From contig NC_086097.1 of NCBI RefSeq assembly GCF_963921235.1, forward strand, positions 63,800,001 through 63,864,000: 64,000 nucleotides of DNA, read 5' to 3'. The DNA is from Mobula hypostoma. Lineage: Eukaryota. Shown here piece after piece: positions 23,982-35,900 of this stretch. Made by a program: the position numbers and the translations under genes. Numbering within the stretch: position 1 is the stretch's first letter; every line of letters begins with the position of its first letter. The notes under the pieces were generated by a model that worked only from the letters and a program-made list of their open reading frames with translations, made no database searches and was not told where the DNA came from.

Positions 23982-26900
23982 GTAAGTGATGTAGTACAGT
24001 TTTAAACACTAAGGAAAGCATCTTGATTTCAGGAGTGATTGAGATTAATGATATTACGTGCCCAGTTGTGACATATACCAAGACCGTTTTAAGAGCTCCA
24101 CACTATGTCACACTGTTTTCCCAAATGATTGAAGATTTCTGTCTTTAGCCCTGACATGACACTCCGTGCCAGTTGTTCACTGGACTGATATCAATCTCAG
24201 ATTTGCTCTTTTACTGTTTGAATATGTGCCTTGTCCTGCACTGGTGCTTTTGCTTGAAGTAATTGTTGTTCTGTACTGCAAGCATTTTTATTACATTTTT
24301 AATAGTCTTGTATCTTAATGTGATACTTAAATGTTTCCCTGACTCCAGAGATTAGACGCATGTTAATGCATGTCTTGCCCAGATCCTACTATTTTAATGA
24401 CCAAAATTGAACACGGTATTTATTCTCTGGGAGTTAATTTCCTTGAGAAGCCTTTCAGTGGCGGTGAAACTCCTTAGACCGTTTCTTACTGTGCTAACCC
24501 TGATTTTGTGTTTAACTAGGTTCCACTGAAGTTCCTGAACGGGGACAGAGACACACCTCATAGTGGGGGAGGAGGAAGAGTACGGGAGCATAGCCGTTAG
24601 CATAATGCCTTTAAGCACAAGCTGTTAGATTGGTATTAAATTCCCACCCCTGCCCATCGAGTCTGCTCTGCCATTTCATCACGGCTGATCCATTTCCCTC
24701 TCAGTCCCAATCTTCCACCTTCTCCCTGTATCCATTCCTGGCCTGATTAATCAACCTCTGCCTTAATCATGCCCAGTTGGCCTCCACAACTGCCTGTGAC
24801 AAAGAACTCTGCAGATTCACCACTCTCTGGCTAAAGAAATTCCTCCTCATCTCCATTCTAAATGGACGTCCCTCTATTCTGAGGCTGTGTTCTTCTGGTC
24901 TTGGACTCCCCTATCATAAGAAATATCCTCTCCAAATCTGCTCTATTGAGGCCTTTCAACATTCAATAGGTTTCGATGAGAACTCCCCTCATTTTTCTGA
25001 ATTTCGGTGAGCAGAGGCCCAGAGCCATCAAATGCTCCTCATATGACAAGTCTTTGAATCCCGGAATCATTTTTGTGGACCTCCTTTGAATTCTCTCCAC
25101 TGTTAGCGCATCATTTCTTAGATAAGGCACCCAAAACTGCTTATACTTCAAGTGAGGCCTCACCGGTGTCTTATAAAGCCCTAACATTATATTCTTGTTT
25201 TTATATTCTAATCCTCTTGTTATAAATGCTAACATTGCATTTGCCTTCCTCACTACCAACTCAACTTGTAAATTAACCTTTAGGGAATCTTGCACAAGGA
25301 CTCCTAAGTCCCTTTGCACCTCAGATTTTAGAATTCTCTTTCTGTTTAGAAAATAGTCTGCACTTTTATTTCTTCGACCAAAGTGCATGACCATATAATT
25401 CCCAACGCTGTATTCCATCTGCCACTTATTTGCCCATTCTCTTAATCTGTCTAAGTGCTTCTGTAGCCTCTCTGCTTCCCCAACACTACCTGCCCCTTCA
25501 CCTGTTTTCATATCATCCGCAAACTTGGCCACAAAGCCATCATCAGTGCGGTAGTTATGATCTTTCTCTTTTTTAATTGGGTTCTTTGGGTTTCTTGCTT
25601 TGTGGCTGCCTGTAAGCAGACAAATCTCAAGGTGTATAATTTATAATTCTTTGATAATAGATGTACTTTGAATCTTTGAATCCAAATCATTGATATATAA
25701 TGTAAAAAGTAGCGGTCCCAACGCAAATCCTTGTGGAACACCAGTAGTCACTGACAGCCAACCAGAAAAAGTCTCTTTTATTCCCACTCTTTGCCTCCTG
25801 TCAATCAGCCCATGCTCTATCCATGCTGGTATCTTTCCTGTAATGCCATGGGCTCCTGTTAAGCAGCCTCATGTGTGGTACCTTGTCAAAGGCCTTCTGA
25901 AAATCTAAGTACACAACATCCACCAGTTCTCCTTTGTCTCTCCTGCTTGTTATTTCTTCAAAAAGTTCCAACAGATTTGTCAGGGAAGATTATGAACAAG
26001 TGAAAATCTACAGATGCTGGAAATCTGAAGAGGTTCAGCCCGAAATGTCAACTGTACTTTTTTTTTCCATAGATGTTGCCTGGCCTGCTGAGTTCCTCCA
26101 GTATTTTGTGTGTATTGTCGGGGAAGATTTCCCCTTAAGGAAACAATGCTGACTTTGGCCTGTTTTATTGTGTGCCTCCAAGTAACCCAAAACCACATCC
26201 TTAACAATCGGCTCTGATACCTTCCCAACCACTGAGGTCAGACTAACTGGCCTATAATTTCCTTTCTTCTGCCTCTCTCGCTTCTTGAAGGGTAAAATGA
26301 CATCTGCAATTTTCCAGTCCTCTGAAACGATGTCAGAATCTATTGATTCTAGAAAGATAATTACTAATACCTCCAGACTCTTCTGCTACCTCTTTCAGAA
26401 CCCTGGGGTGTAGTCCATCTGGTCCAGGTGACTTATTCATCTCCAGACCTTTCAGTTTCTCAAGCACCTGTATGTTTTTGCTCTGTGTGATGTACATGTC
26501 ACAAATAAAGCTAATCTGTTTCTTTTTCTGATTTACCATCTATATATGATTTCCATGGAGAATTCTATTCTGAACTTGACCTTCTCTCAGAATTCAATAA
26601 CCTGTTTGGTTTGTGGATTGTTCAATTATTATACATATTGGATTGTCAGTATAGTGATAATTTTTGTGTTACAGTATTTTGCCAATGTTTTTATGCTATT
26701 TGCTGTAGTTTATGTCCATCAAAAATAAAAATAGCAAATGCTGGAAACAATAATTTTTTGTCTCAGGTCAAAGACCCCATCGAACTGTTCCTCTTTCCGC
26801 TGATACTGCTGACTTGATTAGTGTTTCAAGTATTTTCTGATTTTATTTCAGATGGCCAGAATCCACGGTTGTTTATTTCTCTTTGTACCCATTCCTTCAT

Positions 26901-29900
26901 GATAAACCTTGAAACATTTTAATTAATTCAATTAATGAGATTTTAGTTAATGAGATTATTGACCTACTTGTACCTTATGCAAATTATTTCAGAAATTCTG
27001 ATTGCTTTGTGGATTCAGCTGTCCTTTCTGGATTAATAAGGCAAAACAAACTGATTCTTTAGATTATGTCAAAGCGTATACAAGGACAAATTGTCCTATC
27101 TAATAACTTATAGCATTCAAAAATGCCTATTCAAATAGTTGTTTGAACGGATAGCTTATACTTTCAATATTACTTGAATTGAATCTATTTTCCTTAATTT
27201 TTTGTAAGCTTTGACCAAGTTACCCTTGATATTTATGCAGGACATCTGAGTAGAGTAACGGCTATGTCGGATTACACAGGTCGTGACTGTAGATTCCTTA
27301 CTTTTAAGCATGGAGATACCATATTTGTTTATCTTAAATTGACCGGGAAAAGAGATGACTTATGGGCTGGAAGTGTAAGTATTTTTTTTGATGTTTTTTT
27401 TCCAGAATGTATTGTGTACAATTTTTTTTGCTAATTAATATAACCAATCAAATCAATTCTGTTTTCTTTCTTGGTTGTCCACCTGATAGACGTAGGAAGT
27501 ATATCACGTTTTTTCTCTGCAACATTCTACAGATACATAATCAGCCTTTGTTCTGTCATAAATTTATGATTAACATTTCAATATATCACACAGGATTATA
27601 AATGGATGAAAATAAATATCAAGCTGAATATTAGTATGGGTCGCTAAGAGTATTGTAAAAGATGTAGAATGAGATGTAGATCGGCTTGTAAAGAAATGTC
27701 ACAGCAGAAAGCACAGCTACCAACAGTGGGGTTAGAGGGAGAGGGATGTAGGCAAGAGGCCACAATTGGGAGCAGTGTTTATAAGGCTGCACATTTTCCA
27801 GAGTATTGGTTGTTACTTACTCCTATTAATTCCCAAACAAACATTCATTTAATTCTTTTTAACATGCAATACAATGGTATGATAACTTTTTCAGTGACTT
27901 TAAAGAGAGCCAGAAGTATTCAGGCACTCTGGAATTTGGTCTGGCTGCAAACACACCCATGTTTCTGACCCGTGATATTCCAGACCTCAGTCCTGGTTCT
28001 AGCCATTCATCCTTTTCACAGTCTAGACTAGGGCTCCAGTTGTATACTGTGCTTGAACTCTGGAGCCCTGGCTCTCATTCTGGACAGGTGCCAAACCATC
28101 AGCATCTCCAAGCAATCAGATTCTGAATTATCAGATTTTACTGTGCTTAGGCTTCTATGTAAAATCTGCAATTATTGAAGAGAACAATTCCCAGCAAAAT
28201 TTATTTCTGTGATTGAGTATCTATTCAGTGGACCTAAAATGTAATTTACTGCAACGCACGCAAAATGCTGGAGCCATGCAGCATCTATGGAAAAAAGTAC
28301 AGTCGGCGTTTCGGCCAGAATCATTTTTATGAACCTTCTTTGAACGCTCTCCAATGTCAGCACAGCCTCTCTCAGATCAGGGGCCCAAAACTGCTGACAA
28401 TACTCAAAGTGCTTTATAAAGCCTCAACATTACATCTTTGCTTTTAATGAATGCTAATATCGCATTTGCTTTCCTCATCACAAACTCAACCTGCAAATTA
28501 GCCTTTAGGGAATCCTGCATGAGGACTCCCAAGTCCCTTTGCACCTCGGATTTTTTAATTTTCTCCCTGTTAGAAAATAGACTACACTTTTATTTCTTCT
28601 ACCAAAATGCATGACCGTACAATTTCCGAAATTGTATTTCATCTGCCACTTCTTTGCCCATTCTCCTAATTTAAGTTCTTCTGCAGACACCCTGCTTCCT
28701 CAGCACCTCCTCTCCACTTACCTTCGCAGCATCTCCTCTCCACTTACCTTCGCATCATCTCCTCTCCACTTACCTTCGCATCATCTCCTCTCCACTTACC
28801 TTCGCATCATCTCCTCTCCACTTACCTTCGCATCATCTCCTCTCCACTTACCTTCGCATCATCTCCTCTCCACTTACCTTCGCATCATCTGCCAAGAGCC
28901 ATCAATTCTGTCATCCAAATCATTGATATACCACGTAAAAAGATGTGGTCTCCATACGGACCCCTGTGGAACACCACTTGTCACCAGCAGCCAATCATAA
29001 AGGTTCCTCTTATTCCCACTGTTGGCCTCCTGCCAATCAGCCAATACCCTGTCCATGCTAGTATGGTTCCTGTCATACTCTGGGCTCTTATATTTTCTAA
29101 GCAGTCTCAGGTGTAGCACCTTGTTAAAGGCATTTTGAAAATCTAAGTTCAGAACATCCAATTCTTCTTTGTCTATCCTGCTTGTTATTTCCTCAAAGGA
29201 TTCCAACAGACTTGTCAGGCAAGATTTTCCCTCGCGGAAGGCTGACTTTGGCCCATTTTATCATGTGCCTCCAAGTACCCCAAAACCTCATCCTTAATAA
29301 TCAACTCCAATGACTTCCCGACCACTGAGGTCAGGCTAACTTGCCTATAATTTTCTCTCCAGTGGTCTGACATCTACTCTTGCCTCTCTTTTACTCTTTA
29401 AACTTCTGAGAAAACCTTTTGGAATCCTCTTTTATATCATTGACCAGCTTATCTTCATGGTTCGTCTTTTCACTCCTGGCTTTTTTAGTTGCCTTCTGTT
29501 CTTTTTCAAAAGCTTCCCAATCCACTAATGTCTCATTAATTTTTGTTCTATTACATGCCTTGCTTTTGCTTTTATGTTGGCTTTGACTCGTCTTGCCACA
29601 GTTGTCACATCCTCCCTTTAGAATACTTTGTCCTCTTTGGGATGTAGCTACCCTGTGCTTTCTAAGTTGCTCCCAGGAACTGCGGCTTTGCGGCTCTGTC
29701 ATCACCCCTGCTTGTGTCTCCTTCCAATCAACTTTAGCCAGCTTCTCACTCGTGCCTCTGTAAGTCCCTTTAAAGTTCAAAATTCTATGTAAATTTATTA
29801 TCAAAGTACATATATGTCAACATATACAACGCTGAGGTTCATTTTCTTGTGGGCATACCCAGTAAATCTATAGAATAATAACCGTAACAGAATCCATGAA

Positions 29901-32900
29901 TGACAGCCCAAAGTAGAATGTTCATCTGGAGTGCTGAAGACAATAAACTGCGCAAATACAACAACAGGAATTAATAATAATAAATGGCTAACCAATAGCC
30001 AATAAGTCAATCAATATTTGAATAGCTCAGACTCAGCAGAAAGCAGCTGATTGGGCAGTCGAGGTCAGGTGACCAAACATTTTGAAAAGCTCAAACAGAT
30101 AAATAGAGGGATAGCTCAAGTGCAGCGGCCAGTGCGTGAGTGGGCCAGTGAAGGAGTGGAGCTTTGAGGCTTCGACGAGAAGAGGCGGAGGACAAGCTAG
30201 CTCGCAGTTAGTTTTTACAATGTCTCCTGAGATGGTGATGTGCCTCTCATGTGAGATGTGGCAGTCTTAGGGGAACGCCCCTCTCCCGCAGAGTCACATC
30301 TGCCAGAAGTGCATACGGCTGGGCGATCTGGAAGACCGTGTAAGGAATCTAGAGCAGCAGCTGGATGACCTTTGACTCATAAGGGAGAATGAGGCGGTCA
30401 TAGATGAGAGCTACAGGGAGGTAGTCACACCTAGGCTGTCGGAAGCAGGTCGCTGGGTGACAGTCAGAGGGGGGAAAGCGAAGGTGAGCAGACAGGTAGT
30501 GCAGAGCACCCCTGTAGCCATTCCCCTGAATAATAAGTTCACCGTCCTGGATACTGTTGGCAGGGATGACCGACCAGCTGTGAGCCACGGTGGCAGGGCC
30601 TCCGGCACTGAGTCTGACCCTGTGGTGCAGAAGGGTGGGACGGAGAAGAGGAGAGCTGTCGTCATTGGAGACACTATAGTCAGGGGAGCAGACAGGAGAT
30701 TTTGTGGACGTGAGAAGGACACCCGTATGGTTTGTTGCCTCCCGGGTGCCAGGGTCCGGGATGTCTCTGACCGGGTGCACGACATCCTGGTACGAGAGGG
30801 AAAGCAACGAGAAGTCGTGATACATGTTGGGACCAACGACGTAGGCAGGAAGAGGGATGAGGTCCTGAAGTGTGAGTTTCGGGAACTAGGCAGAAGGCTG
30901 AAGAACAGGACCTCAAGGGTGGCGTTCTCAGGATTGCTGCCAGTGCTACGTGACAGTGATGGTAAGAATTGGAGGAGATGGCAGTTGAATGCGTGGCTGA
31001 GGAGTTTGTGCATGGAGCAGGGTTTTAGATTTTTAGATCATTGGGATCTCTTCTGGGGAAGGTGGGACCTGTACAGATTGGAAGGGTTGCACCTGAACTC
31101 GAGGGGGAGCAATATCCTTGCAGGTAGGTTTGCTAGCATGGTTCAGGAGGGTTTAAACGAATTTGCGAGGGGGATGGGACCCAGAGAGATAGAGCAGTGA
31201 AAGAAGTGCATGGAGTAAAGCCAGATCTAACATATAGAGAGGCTTTGAGGAAAGCGAAGCAGAATAAACGGTGTAAAGACAGTAAGGGAGAAGGGCTGAA
31301 ATGCGTATACTTCAATGCAAGAAGCATCGGGAACAAAGGTGATGAACTGAGAGCTTGGATACATACATGGAATTATGATGTAGTGGCCATTACAGAGACT
31401 TGGCTGGCACCAGGGCAGAAATGGATTCTCAATATTCCTGGATTTCAGTGCTTTAAAAGGGATAGAGAGGGCGGGAGGAGGGGTGGCATTACTGGTCAGG
31501 GATACTATTACAGCTACAGAAAGGATGGGTAATGTAGCAGGATCTCTTTTAAGTCAATATGAGTGGAAGTCAGGAACAGGAAGGGAGCAGTTACTCTAAT
31601 GGGGGTATTCTACAGGCTCCCTGGTAGCAGCAGAGATACAGAGGAGCAGATTGGGAGGCAAATTTTGGAAAGGTGCAAAAATAACAGGGTTGTTATCATG
31701 GGCGACTTTAACTTCCCTAATATTGATTGGCACCTGATTAGTTCCAAGGGTTCAGATGGGGCAGAGTTTGTTAAGTGTGTCCAGGACGGATTCCTGTCAC
31801 AGTATGTGGACAGGCCGACCGGGGGAATGCCATACTAGATCTAGTACTAGGTAATGAACCGGGTCAGGTCACAGATCTCTCAGTGGGTGAGCATCTGGGG
31901 GACAGTGACCACTGCTCCCTGGCCTTTAGCATTATCATGGAAAAGGATAGAATCAGAGAGGACAGGAAAATTTTTAACTGGGGAAAGGCAAATTATAAGG
32001 CTAGAACTTGTGGGTGTGAATTGGGATGATGTTTTTGCAGGGAAATGTACTATGGACATGTGGTCGATGTTTGGAGATCTCTTGCGGCATGTTAGGGATA
32101 AATTTGTCCCGGTGAGGAAGATAAAGAATGGTAGGGTGAAGGAACCATGGGTGACAAGTGAGGTGGAAAATCTAGTCAGTTGAAAGAAGGCAGCATACAT
32201 GAGGTTTAGGAAGCAAGGATCAGATGGGTCTGTTGAGGAATATAGGGAAGCAAGAAAGGAGCTTAAGGGGCCGAGAAGAGCAAGAAGGGGGCATGAGAAT
32301 GCCTTGGTGAGTAGGGTAAAGGAAAACCCCAAGGCATTCTTCAATTATGTGAAGAAAAAAAGGATGACAGGAGTGAAGGTAGGACCAATTAGAGATAAAG
32401 GTGGGAAGATGTGCCTGGAGGCTATGGAAGTGAGCGAGGTCCTCAATGAATACTTCTCTTCGGTATTCACCAATGAGAGGGAACTTGATGATGGTGAGGA
32501 CAATATGAGTGAGGTTGATGTTCTGGAGCATGTTGATATTAAGGGAGAGGAGATGTTGGAGTTGTTAAAATACATTAGGACAGATAAGTCCCCGGGGCCT
32601 GACGGAATATTCCCCAGGCTGCTCCACGAGGTGAGAGAAGAGATTGCTGAGCCTCTGGCTAGGATCTTTATGTCCTTGTTGTCCACGGGAATGGTACCGG
32701 AGGATTGGAGGGAGGCAAATGTTGTCCCCTTGTTCAAAAAAGGTAGTAGGGGTAGTCCAGGTAATTATAGACTAGTGAGCCTTACGTCTGTGGTGGGAAA
32801 GCTGTTGGAAAAGATTCTTAGAGATAGGATCTATAGGCATTTAGAGAATCATGGTCTGATCAGGGACAGTCAGCATGGCTTTGTGAAGGGCAGATCATGT

Positions 32901-35900
32901 CTAACAAGCCTGATAGAGTTCTTTGTCGAGGAGACCAGGCATATAGATGAGGGTAGTGCAGTGGATGTGATCTATATGGATTTTAGTAAGGCATTTGATA
33001 AGGTTCCACATGGTAGGCTTATTCAGAAAGTTAGAAGGCATGGGATCCAGGGAAGTTTGGCCAGGTGGATTCAGAATTGGCTTGCCTGCAGAAGGCAGAG
33101 GGTGGTGGTGGAGGGAGTACATTCAGATTGGAGGATTGTGACTAGTGGTGTCCCACAAGGATCGGTTCTGGGACCTCTACTTTTCGTGATTTTTATTAAC
33201 GACCTGGATGTGGGGGTAGAAGGGTGAGTTGGCAAATTTGCAGATTACACAAAGGTTGGTGGTGTTGTAGATAGTGTAGAGGATTGTCAAAGATTGCAGA
33301 GAGACATTGATAGGATGCAGAAGTGGGCTGAGAAGGGGCAGATGGAGTTCAACCCAGAGAAGTGTGAGGTGGTACACTTTGGAAGGACAAACTCCAAGGC
33401 AGAGTACAAAGTAAATGGCAGGATACTTGGTAGTGTGGAGGAGCAGAGGGATCTGGGGGTACATGTCCACAGATCCCTGAAAGTTGCCTCACAGGTGGGT
33501 AGGGTAGTTAAGAAAGCTTATGGGGTGTTAGCTTTCATAAGTCGAGGGATAGAGTTTAAGAGTCACTATGTAATGATGCAGCTCTATAAAACTCTGGTTA
33601 GGCCACACTTGGAGTACTGTGTCCAGTTCCGGTCTCCTCCCTATAGGAAGGATGTGGAAGCATTGGGAAGGGTACCAAGGAGATTTACCAGGATGCTGCC
33701 TGGTTTAGAAAGTATGCATTATGATCAGAGATTAAGGGAGCTCGGGCTTTACTCTTTGGAGAGAAGGAGGATGAGAGGAGACATGATAGAGGTGTACAAG
33801 ATAATAAGAGGAATAGATAGAGTGGATAGCCAGCGCCTCTTCCCCAGGGCACCACTGCTCAATACAAGAGGACATGGCTTTAAGGTAAGGGGTGGGAAGT
33901 TCAAGGGGGATATTAGAGGAAGGTTTTTTACTCAGAGAGTGGTTGGTGCGTGGAATGCACTGCCTGAGTCAGTGGTGGAGGCAGATACACTAGTGAAATT
34001 TAAGAGACTACTAGACAGGTATATGGAAGAATTTAAGGTGGGGGCTTATATGGGAGGCAGGGTTTGAGGGTCAGCACAACATTGTGGGCCGAAGGGCCTG
34101 TACTGTGCTGTACTATTCTATGTTCTATGTTTAATAAATATCAAGAATATGAGATGAAGAGTCCTTTAGAGTAAGTCCATTGGTTGTGGGAACATTTCAC
34201 TGATGGGGCAAGTGAAGTTGAGCGAAGTTATCCCCTTTGGTTCAAGAGCCTGATGGTTGAGGAGTAGTGACTGTTGCTGAACCTGGTGGTGTGAGTCCTG
34301 AGGCTCTTGCACATTCTGCCTGAGAAGAGGTCATGACCTGGGTGGTGGGGATCTCTGATGATGGATGCTGCTTTCCTGCTTGATGTAGATGTGCTCAGTG
34401 GTTGGGAGGGCTTTACCCTTGTTGGACTGGGCCGTATCCACTACTTTCTGTATGATTTTCCATTCAATAGTATTGGTGTTTCCATACCAGGCTGTGATGC
34501 AGCTAGTCAATATACTATACACATCTTTAGAAGTTTGTCAACATTTTAGGTGTCATGCCAAATTTCTGCAATCTTCTAAGGAAGTAAAGATGCTGCTGTG
34601 CTTTCTTCGTAATTGTGCTTGCGTGCTGGGTCCAGGACGATCCTCCAATGAGTACTGGCTCATAGGTTCCTGGTTTCCTTCTCCTGAAGTCTGTAATCAG
34701 TTCCTTAGTCTTGCTGACATTGAGTAAGAGGATGTTACGACAGCACTCAGTTAGATTTTCAATCTCCCTCCAATATGCTGATTCATCACCACCTTTGATT
34801 TGGCCTACAGCAGTGCTGTTTTCAGTAAAGTTGAATATGGCAACACACACAAAATGCTGGAGGAACTCAGCAGGCCAGGCGGCATCTATGGAAAAGAGCA
34901 CAGTCAGTGTTTTGGGCCGAGACCGCTTTGGAGTTGTGCTTAGTTACAAAGTCATAATTATAAAGCTAGAAGTTTAAAGGGCTAAGCGCACAGTCCTGTG
35001 CTGCCCTTATGCGGATGGAGATTGTAGAGGAGATATTGTTGCCAATCCCAACTGATTGGGGTCTGCAAGTGAGGAAATCCAGGATCCAATGGCACAAGGA
35101 GGTATTGAGACCATGGTCTTGAAGCTTATTGATTAGTTTTGTTGGGGATGACGGTATTGAATGCCGAACTGTAGTCAATAAATAGCATCCTGATGTATGT
35201 ACCTTTGCTGTCCAGATGTTCCAGGTTTTAGTGAAAAGCCAGTGAGATGGCATCTATTGGGAACCTGGTGCTCCGGTAGGCAAATTGGAGCAGATCTAAT
35301 TTGCTTCTCAGGCAGGAGTTGATATGTTTCATCACCAACCTGTTAAAATATTTCATCAATGTGGATGTAAATGCTAATGGGTGATAGTCATTGGGGCAGG
35401 TTACCATGTTCCTGAGCACCAGTATAATTGAAGCCTGCTTGAAGCAACTGGCTATCTCAGACTGCTGAAGTGAGAGGTTGAAGATCTCAGTGAACACTCC
35501 AGACGGTTGGTCAGCACAGGTCATTAGTACTTGGCCAGGTACTCCCATCTGGGCCGAATATTTTTGTGGGTTCACCCTCCTAAAGGCTGCTCACACATCA
35601 GCCCCAGTGACTGAAATCAAAGCATCAGTGGGGGATGTGGGAGTTTGTGATGGTTCCTCCATGTTTTGATGGTCAAAGCAAGCATCGAAGACATGGAGCT
35701 CATCTGGAAGTGAAGCTCTACTATCTCCTATATAGCTTGATTTAACTTTATAAGAGGTGAGAGTATTCAATCCCTGCCACAACTGTCAAGCATTGATTCA
35801 AGTAGGTCTAGGATTTTTACTTTGCTCATGAGATGGCTTTCTGGACCTCTTGTAAGTTTCTTGGTCACCAGACTTGAATGCCTCTGTCTCTCAGCGGATT

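Noticed and set aside
28701..28890. CRISPR-like array (also 46215-46384)
   Set aside because: Head-to-tail repeats with no unique spacers, no cas genes, vertebrate context.
30349..31013. Minus-strand 158/200-aa ORFs
   Set aside because: Antisense to CR1 ORF1.
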